Assembly (NCBI GenBank): GCA_951406725.2
Contig: OX597824.1
Coordinates: 11,966,001-12,030,000 of the forward strand
Direction: 5' to 3'
DNA from: Octopus vulgaris
Lineage: Eukaryota
Length of the DNA stretch: 64,000 nt
Shown here: positions 11,903-25,293 of the stretch, in pieces
Layout of the letters: each line of letters opens with the position of its first letter
Numbering within the stretch: position 1 is the first letter of the stretch
Made by a program: the position numbers and the translations under genes
Notes under the pieces: model-generated
Databases searched by the model: none
What the model was told of the DNA's origin: nothing
Seen by the model: only the letters and a program-made list of their open reading frames with translations

Positions 11903-13970
11903 AATGTGGTGCCATCAGGAAGAAGCAGGTTGTGCATGATCTACTTTCGGGGGTCCTCCTCATTCTAAACTAGTTGTAGAAATTTCTCTTCACACTGCAT
12001 GTGCTTTGTGAAAGGCATGGATATGGACATTACTGGCCTGAGTGCTGGGACTTAGAAGGCCAGTTACCCAGCTTGCATAGTGTATAAGGAACCGAGATCA
12101 TGACATTCCCCCACCTCAACATGACACCAGTCCAATGCAAGGTTATCCATTTAAACCCGAGTGGATGGGAACAACATGAAATGAAGTGTCTTGTTCAAGA
12201 ACACAATGTATTATTTGGACCAGGAATTGAAAGCACAATTTCAAGATTGAGAGTGCTACACCTGACACCCTAACCACCATGCATAAATCTCACACGATCT
12301 CTTTATTATTTCACTACAAAAAGGTAGCAAGTTGGCAGAATCCGTTATATGCCAGACGAAATGCTTTGTGGAATTTCTTCTGACTTTGCAATCTGAGTTC
12401 AAATTCTACCAAAATCAACTTTGCTTTTCATCTTTTCAAGGTTGATAAAATAAGCACCAGTTGGGCACTGGAGTCAATATAATTGACTGGTCCCCAAGTC
12501 TGTGAAATTTCAGGCATTGTGCATATAAAAGAAAGTACTATTTCACTACAAATTTCTTGCATTATTCGGTACGTCTTCAGAATTCCCCCCGCCTCATCCT
12601 ATGACTTTTGAACCAGTTGTTTTTATTTTATTTTTTTGGGAGATTACGATTTAGCAAAAATTTTTTAAAATCTGAATCCCTCCCAGTAATTATTGTTTTT
12701 TATATTTTTTAAAATCTGCTACTTATTCTTGTGTTGTCTTTTGCTGAGCCTCTAAATTATGAACTTAATAAACAAGCATTACTTTTGACAGTTTAATGTG
12801 AATGCCAGTTAAATCATTTTTGAGAAAGGAAAAACAGTATATCTAGAACTATGTTATGCAATGTCTGAAAAAAACAAAGCTGGATGGTCACAGCTGGATT
12901 TCCTCAGATTACGTGTCTGAGGTGACACTTGGGCTACAAATTTTTTTATTGCCTGATTACACATGTGCATGCGTATGCACAGTCACACACATGCACAGAC
13001 AAGCACACACACACACATTTCTTTCATCTTTTATGAGTTTCAGTCAATGGACTGTGGCTATGCTGGAGCATGGCCTTGAAGAGTTTTAGTCAAACTGCTA
13101 CCCGTACTCTTTTACTTGTTTCAGTCATTTAACCGTGGTCATGCTGGAGCACCACTTATTTTTTTTTAAAGTTTGGTAATTTTCCTTTTTTGCTGAACCA
13201 CAAAATTACAGTGACAAACACAAACACAAAGACGAAATATATATTTATACACACACACATGGCAGGCTTCCACATAGTTTCCACCAACCAGATCCACTCA
13301 CAAGGCAGTGGTTGGTCTGGAGCTATAGCAGAAGACACTTGCCCAAGGTGCTGCACAGGGGGATTGAACCTGAGACTTCATGGTTGCAAAGCAAACTTCA
13401 TAACCATACATGCTTGTCTGAGACCCCTCTTCTGTCATGACACTGACCATGGGATTGCACCTAGAAAATTACCCTCCCAGGCACAAGTCCGGGCAAGGTT
13501 GTTTATGGAAGACCAGCAGTCGCCCATGGATACCGGCCTCCCCTCTCCACGCCACCTGTGTTATCCAAGGGAAAGGCAAAGGGGCCGATACAGCTTGGCA
13601 TCTGTGACGTCGCAACTCATTTCTACAGCTGAGTGAACTGGAGCAACGTGAAATAAAGTGCCTTGCTCAAGAACACAACACGCAGCCTGGTCCAGGATTT
13701 GAGCTCACAACCTCACGATTGTAAGCTTGAATCTCTAACCACTAAACCATGTGCCTTCACTCATATCAGCCATGCCTGTACTTATATTATTTCTACTTTT
13801 ACTTATCTCAGTCATTAAACGGCGACCAAGCTGGGGCACCACCTTATATAAATCATCCTCCTTTTAACGTCTACTTTTCCACTCTAGCATGGAGCAAATG
13901 CAACAAAGTAGGGGTAGTGCTTTCCATGGTCAGATATCCTTCCTGGTATCAACCCCCATCTGTTTCCAAA

Positions 13971-14365
13971 GGCGCAGGAGTGGCTGTGTGGTAAGTAGCT
14001 TGCTAACCAGCCACATGGTTCCGGGTTCAGTCCCACTGCGTGACATCTTGGGCAAGTGTCTTCTGCTATAGCCCCGGGCCGACCAATGCCTTGTGAGTGG
14101 ATTTGGTAGACGGAAACTGAAAGAAGCCTGTCGTATATATATGTATATGTATGTGTGTGTGTTTGTGTGTCTGTGTTTGTCCCCCTAGCATTGCTTGACA
14201 ACCGATGCTGGTGTGTTTACGTCACCGTCATTTAGTGGTTCGGCAAAAGAGACCGATAGAATAAGTACTGGGCTTACAAAGAATAAGTCCCGGGGTCGAT
14301 TTGCTTGACTAAAGGTGGTGCTCCAGCATGGACGCAATCAAATGACTGAAACAAGTAAAAGAAAG
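13971..14365 (+). mobile_element. tRNA-derived SINE family A, full length (other copies ~7470-7881-, 10820-11250-, 15435-15841-, 16441-16820+, 20008-20399-, 41291-41743-, 52728-53135-, 63502-63932+, many fragments)
   Basis: A-box TGGCTGTGTGG, B-box GGTTCAGTCCC, CORE-like (C)CTTGGGCAAGT, internal (TA)/(TG) microsatellite, common tail GACTGAAACAAGTAAAAGA. Confidence 0.88.
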
Positions 14366-14622
14366 GCACAAAAAAAATAAGAGTGCAGTTTATTGAACAA
14401 TGGACAGTTTGGAAATGATTATCGGGAGAACTGGAAATAATTGACTCTTCATGAGTAGTTTTGCTTTTTCTTCAAAGATTGTGCAACATGTCAAGGCATG
14501 TCAAGAAGCCCAGACATGCAAGCAAATGACATTGTCTGTACGAACAGTGAGGCTTTTGTTTATAACCAACTCACCCGCATTAAAATGAGGGGAAATATGA
14601 TCTCAGACATTCACATACAGAC

Positions 14623-14661
<39 letters not shown>

Positions 14662-14761
14662 CGCATATATATATATATGTATATACGCATATATATATAT
14701 ATGTATATACGCATATATATATATGTATGTACGTATGTATATATATATATATGTATATACG

Positions 14762-14798
<37 letters not shown>

Positions 14799-14865
14799 GT
14801 GTGTATATATATATATATGTGTGTAAATATAGATATTTATAAATATGTGTAAATGTATATATATA
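14623..14865. repeat. Interrupted (TA)n microsatellite
   Basis: Direct inspection. Confidence 0.95.
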
Positions 14866-14996
14866 CAGGGTGTCCCCAAAAAATGTATACACATAGTGGT
14901 TCGGCAAAAGAGAACGATAGAATAAGTACTAGGCTTACAAAGAATAACAAATTTACAATTATTTAAGGTGTGTATACATTTTTTTGGGACAGCCTG
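14866..14996. mobile_element. Tc1/mariner MITE with an internal SINE fragment
   Basis: TIRs CAGGGTGTCCCCAAAAAATGTATACAC / GTGTATACATTTTTTTGGGACAGCCTG, TA flanks. Confidence 0.8.
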
Positions 14997-15044
14997 TATA
15001 TATATATATGTATGTATATATATGTATATGTGTATATATGTATT

Positions 15045-15080
<36 letters not shown>

Positions 15081-15089
<9 letters not shown>

Positions 15090-15318
15090 CAATATAAGGA
15101 ATGGCCATAATAGGACATTCGACTCACTAGAAAGAGCAGCCAAGCTCAAACCGCTAATAGTTGTAATTCTGAAACGGAAAGAGAAAAATAAAAACGTTTA
15201 CCCCTTTTATTTTTCTCTCTCGGTTTCAGAATTACAACTATTAGCGGTTTGAGTTTGGCTGCTTTTTCTAGTGAGTCGAATGTCCTATTATGGCCATTCC
15301 TTATATTGTTGAATGTAT
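15081..15318. repeat. Long inverted repeat (~113-bp arms, ~11-nt loop) in (TA)n
   Basis: 15081-15193 is the near-perfect reverse complement of 15205-15318. Confidence 0.9.
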
Positions 15319-16980
15319 ATTATATAGTCTTTAACTATCTTTTCTTTCTCACTGGACTGCTGGTAGTGGAGAATTTTTTGCTACCCTTATATTTATTAAT
15401 TATATATATATATATATATATATAAATATAATGTTCTTTTACTTGCTTCAGTCATTTGACTGCAGCCATGCTGGAGCACCGCTTTAAAGGGTTTTAGTCA
15501 AAGAAATCGACTCCAGGACTTATTCTTTGTACGCCTAGTATGTATTCTATCAGACTCTTTTGCCGAACTGCTAAATTACAGGGATGTAAACACACCAGCA
15601 ATGATGCAGGGAGAAACACTGACACACCCATGAATATATATGTATATATATATATATACACACACATATATATATACACAATGGGCTTCTTTCAGTTTCT
15701 GTCTACCAAATCTACTCACAAATCTTTGGTTAGATGGAGGCTATAGTATAAGACAATTGCCCAAGGTGCCACACAGTGGGACTGAACCTGGAACCATATG
15801 GTTGGGAAGCAAGCTTCTTACCATGCAGCTACGTCTGTGCCTATGAGCCCCAAGTGTGGGCAGTTTATGTCTATTTGCTGGAGCCCATCAACTATATAAA
15901 GAGAAACCTTCCTTGAACCCTACTTTTTCCATCTCCACCTCCATCTATTTTTAAGGCACCCTTTCTTGTGTGCAGTTGAGGGATTAATTTGACCCTTCTT
16001 TTTTGACAGTACTGTGACTGGTCCCATTTACTTGTATTTGATGCCATAACTGGTCTTGTGCAGTTTTATTTCTAGCAAGATGGGGCCCTTCCACCTACCA
16101 TAGTAAGGGCCTACATTGATGTAATTTTTTTAAAGCCTGGTGTTTATTCTATAGGGGTTTTTTTTCTGTTGCGGAGTCACAAAGTTACACCAGTTTTCAA
16201 GCAGTAGTGAGGGACAAACACAGACACAAAGACACACACATATGATAGACTTCTTTCAGTCTTTGTCTACCAAATCACTCACAAGGCTTCGGTTGGCCTG
16301 AGGTTATAACAAAAGATGTTTGCCCAAAGTTGCACACAGTGGGACTGAATCCGGAACCCCGTGGTTAGAGAGCAAACATTTTAATACACAGCCACACCTG
16401 TGCATAATATACACCAAAAAATATAAAAACACACTTCACTGAAGTGGCTGTGTGGTAAGTAGCTTGCTTACCAACCACATGGTTCCGGGTTCAGTCTCAC
16501 TGCATGGCACCTTGGGCAAGTGTCTTCTACTATAGCCTCGGGTCGACCAAAGCCTTGTGAGTGGATTTGCTAGATGGAAACTGAAAGAAACCCGTCGTAT
16601 ATATGTGTGTGTGTCTGTTTGTTCCCCCCAATATCACTTGACAACCGATGCTGGTGTGTTTGCGTCCCCCGTAACTTAGCGGTTCGGCAAAAGAGACCAA
16701 TAGAATAAGTACTAGGCTTACAAAGAGTAAGTCCTGGGGTCGATTTGCTGGACTAAAGGTGGTGCTCCAGCATGGCCGCAGTAAAAAATGACTGAAACAA
16801 GTAAAAAGAGAGTAAAAGAGAGTATAATTAAAAGGTGAAGTAAGAAGCAAAATCTTTAAGAGCAAAGCAGAAAGGAAAGGACATTGTAGGCAAGCCAAAT
16901 GACCAACCACACTGAGACATTAGGGACACAGGAAAAGAATGACCGGGAAGCTTCTTAGCCACACCCACACTTACTGTCCC

Positions 16981-17031
16981 GTCAAATAAAAAACAAACTC
17001 TGCGGAAATAGTTTTTATTTTTATGTTTATT
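16981..17031 (-). terminator. Probable CLASRP polyadenylation site
   Basis: Two AATAAA on the minus strand (17031-17026, 17019-17014) followed by GT/T-rich GAGTTTGTTTTTTATTTG, ~360 nt after the stop. Confidence 0.65.
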
Positions 17032-17385
17032 TCATTTAAATTTTTTCCCATTAAAAAATGTAAAGGAAAAAAAAAAGAGCAATATTTAAGTTGTTTGTCA
17101 ATTGCAATCTGGTCCACTTTGTATTTAAGTTATTTTGGCCACAACCATCAGACGTCCTGTTGTTCTCCTTGGTTACATGTCCACAAAACAACTAAATAGC
17201 TTCGTCTCAATGCTGGAGACTTTGAAAGAATAGCTTTAGTCAAACTGTGAAAGTGATATTGTTTACGAGGAACTTAGGACTTTGTGTGTGTGTGTGTGTA
17301 GAGGGAGAGGGAGAGAGAGAGAGAGAGATAGAGAGAGGGAGAGAGAGAGATGCTTGTCAGATTGAAGGTTTCTTCCTCCCTCTTC

Positions 17386-17464
17386 TTAGTAGTCGACAAG
17401 TCCTCTGTCTCTGGATGTAGAACGAGACTTAGATCTGGAGCGTCGGGGTGACCAGGACCGAGAC
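17386..17464 (-). CDS. CLASRP: CLASRP last coding exon (SRSWSPRRSRSKSRSTSRDRGLVDY*)
   Basis: Acceptor AAG at 17466-17465, phase fits, TAA stop at 17388-17386. Confidence 0.88.
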
Positions 17465-20400
17465 CTTGAAAGAAATAGCACACAATACAGAGATGCAGAA
17501 TGAAAATGAAAAAAAACAAACAAAAAAAACCCCAACAACATGTAACTTAAAAACTTGAATCTCAATACAGTCATAATCTGATACCAAGCAGTACATATTT
17601 TCTAGCAAAGAACCATGTGCTGATGTGTAAATGTTTCAACTGATTTAGTTACAATAATAGCTTAACATTCACATAAATCAGGGAGTGGTGTAGAAAAGTC
17701 CCCCAAATACTAGAATATATTTGTCTTCATTCTAGCTAAACACAATTTATTTTGTCCCATTTTGAAGCAGACTGCATATGGTCATATAACTTATCTTTTT
17801 ACATCATCATCATCATCATCATTGTTTAACGTCCGCTTTCCATGCTAGCATGGGTTGGACGATTTTGACTGAGGACTGGCGAACCAGATGGCTGCACCAG
17901 GCTCCAATCTTGATCTGGCAGAGTTTCAACAGCTGGATGCCCTTCATAATGCCAACCACTCTAAGAGTGTAGTGGGTGCTTTTTAATGTGCCACTGGCAC
18001 GGGAGCCAGTCAGGCGGTACTGGCAATGACCTCGCTTGAATCTTTTTACACATGCCACCGGCACAGGTGCCAGTAAGTCGATGCTGGTAACGATCACGCT
18101 CGAATGGTGACCTTTTAGGTGCCACCGGCATGGAAGCCAGTTAGCTGCTCTGGCAACGATCAGGCTCGGATGGTGCTCTTGGCACCCTACTTGCACGGGC
18201 ACAGGTGCCAGTAAGGTGACGCTGGTACAATGCTATTTTCTCAAATCACATCATCAGGCTAATGTTTACAATTTAGCTTCTTGCCCTTACATGTCACAGG
18301 TTTTCTGTTTTCACTCAATATCTTCTTTTGCTTTTAGAGTTCTTTAGAGCTCAAAACAAGTTGAAGTTTCTCCAAGACTATGCTATCAAAATAACAAAAC
18401 TACCTGCAATGGGTATGGCCATAAGTCTAGAAGTTCATTCTATAAATTGCACAATAGGACATAGACTTCGCTATTATCTAATCTTGAGAGTCACAACTCA
18501 TATTTTTGTACTTACCAGTTGCACTGACTATATTGTACATGAGAAATAAGTCAAAATGTCCTTCAAATTTCACTCAACTTTTTTAAAAATGGAGGAGAGG
18601 TCGTTGCCAGTGCTGCTGGACTGGCCCTCATGCCAGTGGCACATTAAAGCACCCACTACACTCATGGAGTGGTTAGCATTAGGAAGGGCATCCAGCTGTA
18701 GAAACTCTGCCAGATCAGATTGGAGCCTGGTGCAGCCTTCTGGTTCGCCAGTCCTCAGACAAATCGCCCAACCCATGCTAGCATGGAAAGCGGGCGTTAA
18801 ACGATAATGATGAGGAGGAGGAATATACCAAATAAGATTGCTCTAGATAAAATGCTCCAGTAATAATCATGGAGAATGTTAGTTCAAAGATAAAGATTCA
18901 ACAAAACAGAACAGCAGCTGATACAAAGAGTAGGTAGGTCTGTTGTGAACCCTAAGTACTCATGACTGATGGGATGCCCCCACCATCACTGGATGGGCTG
19001 CCAGTCCACCTCAAGGTTAGCTTCCCAGCAATTGCTGGAACTCATTTGTAGGTGAGTGGACTGGAACACTGAAATGATGTGTTTTGCTTAAAAACACAAT
19101 ATCTTACCCAACCCAAGTATCAAAGCCACATGCCTTTGGCTCAAGATCATCATCCTCATCATTTAACACCCGTTTTCCATGCTAGCATGGGTTGGATGGT
19201 TTGACCAGGGTCTGGGAAGCCAGGAGGCTGCACCAGCCTCCAGTCTGATCTGGCAGTGTTTCTACAGCTGGATGCCCTTCCTAACGCTAACCAATCCGTG
19301 AGTGTAGTGGGTGCTTTTTACATGCCACTGGCACAGGTGCCAGGGGAGGCTGGCAACGGCCACAATCGGTTGGTGGCTTTTACGTGCCACCGACACGGTA
19401 GCCAATCAAGGCGGTGCTGGCATTGGCCACATACGGATGGTGCTTTTTATGTGCCACTGGCACAGGTACATGGGTAGGCTGGCAACGGCCACGATCAGTT
19501 GGTGCTTTTTACGTGCTGCCGGCACAAAAGCCACTGGCACGTTCAAATAAAGGTAAGTTTATATTCAATATATCTACCTTCTTGAATAGTGTTCAGGTGA
19601 TCTTGAGTAGCTCCAGTTATCACTTTCTGAAGAACTACTGTACTTCTGCGAGTGACGATCTCTTTCCAACTCCTCCAGTTCACGATGCCGTCTTTCTCGT
19701 TCACGGCGACGCATTTCCATAACACGTGACCTCAGCTCATCTTCTCGATCCTGACAACAAAAAAAAGTTAAAACATTCAGCTTCCAAAAACCCAACACAA
19801 AATTAATTAACCATAACAACATGTATAAACTGTCCCAAATGACAAAATTGTATCACTGCAAAGACTACATGAAGATGGTTGTGGCCAGTCTGTTTCATTG
19901 ATGGCCTTCCTGTTGTCTAGCATAATATGCACCATTACTAGTAACATGGAATTAAGTTATGGGGACAGATTGTAGCATGGCACACCTGTCCCAATCTTAT
20001 TATTTTATTCTTTTACTTGTTTCAGTCGTTTGACTGCGGCCATACTGGAGCACCACCTTTAGTCGAGCAAATCGACCCCAGGACTTATTCTTTGTAAGCT
20101 TAGTACTTAATCTATCGGTCTCTTTTGCCGAACCACTAAGTTACGGGGACGTAAACACACCAGCATCGGTTGTCAAGCAATGTTGGGGGGGGGGGGGGGG
20201 CAAAGACAGCCATACAAACATATACATACATACATACGACGGGCTTCTTTCAGTTTTCATCTACCAAATCCACTCACAAGGCTTTGGTCGGCCTGAGGCT
20301 ATAGTAGAAAACACTTGCCCAAGGTGCCACGCAGTGGGACTGAACCTGGAACAATGTGGCTGGTAAGCAAGCTACTTACCACACAGCCACTCCTGTGCCT

Positions 20401-22830
20401 ACTCTTCTGCGCTTGTATGGGTCAGACAGAATTTGTTACGGCAGATTTTTCAACAGCTGGATGCTCTTCTTGTTGCCAACCCACACCTGTTTCCAAGTAA
20501 GGTTATATTTCCAGCCATGACCAGACAGATGATTGGAAACAAGGGGAACGGCTTGCATGAAGGTGACACTTGTTTACGACTATCATGTCAAGAGAAGGAG
20601 ACAATAACAAACACACACACACACACACACACAAACACATACATATATAACAGATTTCTTTCAGCTTTTGCCTACCAAATCCACTCACATAAAGCTTTGA
20701 CCAGCTTGGGTCTATGGTAGATGACAATTGCCAAGGTGCCACACAGTGGGACTGAACCCGGAACCATACGGTTGGGAAGCAAGCTTCTTACCATGGAGCT
20801 ACGTCTGTGCCTATGAGCCCCGAGTGTGGGCAGTTTACGTCAATTTGCTGGAGCCCATAAACTATATAAAGGTTGCGGATCCGTGGAATAAGCTGCCGGA
20901 CGAGATAGTGAAGATGCTGACGACCGCTCGGTTCAAAGTCTCTCTTGACCAGAAATGGCCTGAACAGCCCTGTACATAACTCCATGTCCCCCTACATGGC
21001 CTTGCTTTTTGCTTTTTGAGCCAAAAAATTAAATTAACTTAAATCTTCCTTGAACCCTACTTTTTCCAGTTCTACCTCCATCTATTTTTAAGGCAATAGA
21101 CCCAGCCTGGGTCTATGGTAGAAGACAATTGCCCAAGGTGCCACACAGTGGGACTGAACCCAAAACCATGTGGTTGGGAAGTAATCTTCTTACCAAACAG
21201 CCACATTTGCACCAAAGATGGTGGTGGGGATCATCATCATCATCATCATCGTTTAGCGTCCGTTTTCCATGCTAGCATGGGTTAGACGGTTCAACTGGGA
21301 TCTGTGAAGCCGGAAGGCTGCATCAGGCCCAGTCTGATCTGGCAGTGTTTCTACGGCTGGATGCCCTTCCTAACGCCAACCACTCCGTGAGTGTAGTGGG
21401 TGCATTTTACGTGCCACCCGCACAGGTGCCAGACAGAGCTGGCAAACGGCCACGATGATAACATTCTAATGCAGAGACAATAGAGTAGAAGGAAGAGCAG
21501 CAAGGCATGCAGTTTTGTCTACTGAAATATTAACAAAATAAGAAACTTTAAACCATCACACAAGTGTTTACACTGCACTTTTGTCAATGAGACCAAACAT
21601 TTTAGAAATGGCAGCAGACTGAAGAAACTTCACACTGACCTGTCTTTCTTGTTCCACACGTTCTTGCTTCTGTATTTCAGCCCTTTTGTCTGCTTTGTCT
21701 GAAATAAATCATGTCAGCTATAACGGAAATTTACAGGCAAAGTGACCAGTAGATAAGGTACTGGGCCACCTCATCATGGTTTGTGGGTTTGTCCCTGCTG
21801 TAGGAGTTTTACAAATGCACAGAGCAAAATAGCTCCATACGGCTCGGCTCAGCTAAGCTGGCTGTGAAGGACCAAGACCCCAAATCTTCAGGGATTAGAT
21901 AAACTGTCAAAGGAAAGGATACCTGTCCTTTACGTGGAGACCAAAGATAAACGTTAGGAAAGAAATTATTTTATTGATCCTTTAAGGAAGAAAGGTGCAT
22001 GGCTCAGTGGTTAGAGCATCAAGCTCACAATAATGAGATAGTGAGTTTGATTCCCAGACCGGGCTATGTTGTGTCCATAAGCAAAACACTTCACATTGCT
22101 CCGGTTCACTCAGCTGTAAAAACGAGTTGTGATGGTCCTGGTGCCAAGCTGTATGGGCCTTTGCCTTTCCCTTGGATAACATCAGTGGTGTGGAGATGGG
22201 AGGCTGGTATGCATGGGTGACTGCTGGTCTTCCACAAACAACCTTGCTTGGACTCATGCCTCAGAGGGAAATTTTCTAGGTGCAATCCCATGGTCATTCA
22301 TGACTGAAGGGGGGGACTTTACTATTTTTTAAGGAAGAAAGACAAAATCAAACTCAGTGTGACTTGAACAGAGAATCTAAAGAACTGCAAGAAAGGCCAC
22401 TAAGTATTATGTCCAGCATGCTAACAATTAGCTTAAATAATTAAACTGTTGCAGGGGATGATGAATTTCATTTGAAACATGTTAGTTATTGAAGAAAGTG
22501 AACTGGCTTCATGAGATTGGAGGTATTAAAGTACAAATAATGCTATGTGAGAAAATTTTAACAAAATATATAGAAAATAATTAAGGGAATTCGCTACATA
22601 CGAGTAATTCAGAGATCAATTCCCAAGAAATTAAATCAGAGGATATTTGTGTATATGTTGCTTGTGCATAGGTGCATTACTGTTTTGCAGATGTATGTGT
22701 GTGTGTGTGTCTGTATGTGTGCATGTTGTATTTGTGAGCATGTATGTGTGCTGTTTTTGTCAAAGCGAATGTGGCATTGATACATACTGTTCCTACATGT
22801 GTGCATGCATATTTTGTGTAGACATGAAGT

Positions 22831-22861
<31 letters not shown>

Positions 22862-24457
22862 TGCACACACTCGTATGCATGTGCTGTAGGTGGGATTTCT
22901 ATAGTGAGGTAAAAACTCCAAAGTAAACGTCTGATAGAAATTTAACTTACACTGCCTGTTTAATGCGGCTTGCATCCTCCGACGTAATCTTTCTTTTGGT
23001 GTCAAAGCTGAGCCAGAAGCCTGAAAGAAGAAACACGGTAAGGAGTTGTTGCCTGACATTATATTCAAAATACAATTGATAATGTACTTACCAAAGAGCA
23101 CCCATCAGCTGTATGCATATATATATATATATATGTGTGTGTATATATATATATATGTTGGATATCGACAAGTATATTATATATAGATATACATGATATC
23201 CTTTTTGGAAAAGAAGTAATGGTTGGTAACAGGGAAGGCATCTGGGGGTAGAAAATTACCTCGATAAGTTTTGCCCAACCCATGACAGTATAGAAAAAGC
23301 ATGTATTTTTCACATGCACACACAGATATGCAAACATACATACTCAGACATGAAGGTATGATGGTGTGGCTATCAAGTCTGCTTCAACCAAATGGTTTTG
23401 GGTTCAGTTCCACTGCATGGCACATTGGGCAAGTGTCTTCTACTCGCAATGCCATGTGAGTGGAATTGGTAGACAGTATGGAAACCCGACATATGCATGC
23501 GCATGCATGCACACTGTACATAAATGCGTTTTACTATTTTTCAATATCACATGATCACATGACCGACCAAGCCATCAGATGTTGCTACACATCGCTGGTC
23601 ACAATGCGCTTCACATTGTTTTAGCCTTTAATGACGCCATCCCGTTGGCTAAGCGAGCAGGCCAACAGAAGAAAGAGTGAAAGTTGTGGTGAAAGAGTAC
23701 AGCAGGGATCACCACCACCCCCTGCCAGAGCCTCGTGGAGCTTTAGGTGTTTACGCTCAATAAACACTCACAACGCCCAGTCTGGGAATCTAAACAAGAT
23801 CCTACAACTGCGAGTCTGCGGCCCTAACCACCGGGCCATTGCGCCTCCACATTTTTCAATATATTCCTAAGTATTTTGTTCTGCTGATGAGAATGTAGGC
23901 CAACAGCTGTGTTGGTGACCGGCTATTTGAGGCAAGAATATAGATGACCTCTTCTCTCCAGGTAACCAGACGATCTATCCTTTAATGACGCTGGGTGCGA
24001 TGGGTAAATTGTCACCATTTTATATTTTTAATTTCATGCATGCATACTGTTTGCTTTTGATTTTGCTGACTACACAGTTAGTAGGGTAAATTGGGTCCCG
24101 TCTGTGAGAAAAATAGCACCACGATGCAATTCACTCTGTCAGGAATTTGGAAATGTTATGTACTGCTTGGCATTTGTACCACAAGCTCCAATACGAACAT
24201 GTACCGCTAGTGATAAAAAAATAATCAAACATCCAGTCAACATCACATTGAAAAGCACTGAGCCATAAACAGTGCTGTTCCGCAACAAATCATCACCTGC
24301 TTAGTGCTGTCCTTTCAAAGACAAGAGAAATGACAAATCCAAGTTCAATAACAAGTAAGAGTTTATGACAAGTACAGCAGCATCTGGGTATAAAGCAATC
24401 CTGCAATATGTATTCACCTAACCCATGCTAGAATGAAAAATGGAAGTAAAACAAATG

Positions 24458-24492
<35 letters not shown>

Positions 24493-25257
24493 TGGCTGTT
24501 GGGGTTTACCACTGCATGGTACCTGGCACATGCATCTTCTATTGCCTCAGTTAGCCAATGCCTTACAAGCGAAATTGGAAATTAGTAGATAGAAACTGCA
24601 TGGAATCCCCTGCTATTTGTACATGAATGCACTCATTCATTCATTCATACATACATACATCAATTTAACAACTATTTTTCTGTTTGCATGAAATAGATGA
24701 AATTTTGTTACGGGTTGAGGCATATTTTCAATAGACAAATGCCCTTCCAGTTGCCAACCCACACCTGTTTCCAAGCAAGGTAATATTTTCCGTGGTCAGA
24801 CATGTTTTTCTACGAAAATCTGGAAACAAAATAACACTTGTATGATGCAACGGCAAGGGTATTCCACACGCATACACAACAGGCTTCTTTCAATTTCCAT
24901 CTACCAAATGTTCTCAAAAAGCTCAGGGATATAGACGACACTTGCCCAAAATGCTAAACAATGGGACTGAACCCAAGACAATATGATTAGGAAGTAAGCT
25001 TCTCAATTACACAACCATTGTGTGTGCGTGTGTGTGTGTGTGTGTGTGTATTTGTGTGTGCGTGCGCACATGCACTGGTGCAATATAAAAAGCACCCCAC
25101 ACACTCTTGTGAAGTGGTTGGCATTAGGAAGGCTATCCAGCCAAAACAATACAATGGAGCCTGGTATAGCTCCTGTCAAACCGTCCAAGCCATGCCAGCA
25201 TGGAAAACGGACATTTTGATGAGATATGTATGTATGTATATATGTGTATATTGTGTG

Positions 25258-25293
<36 letters not shown>

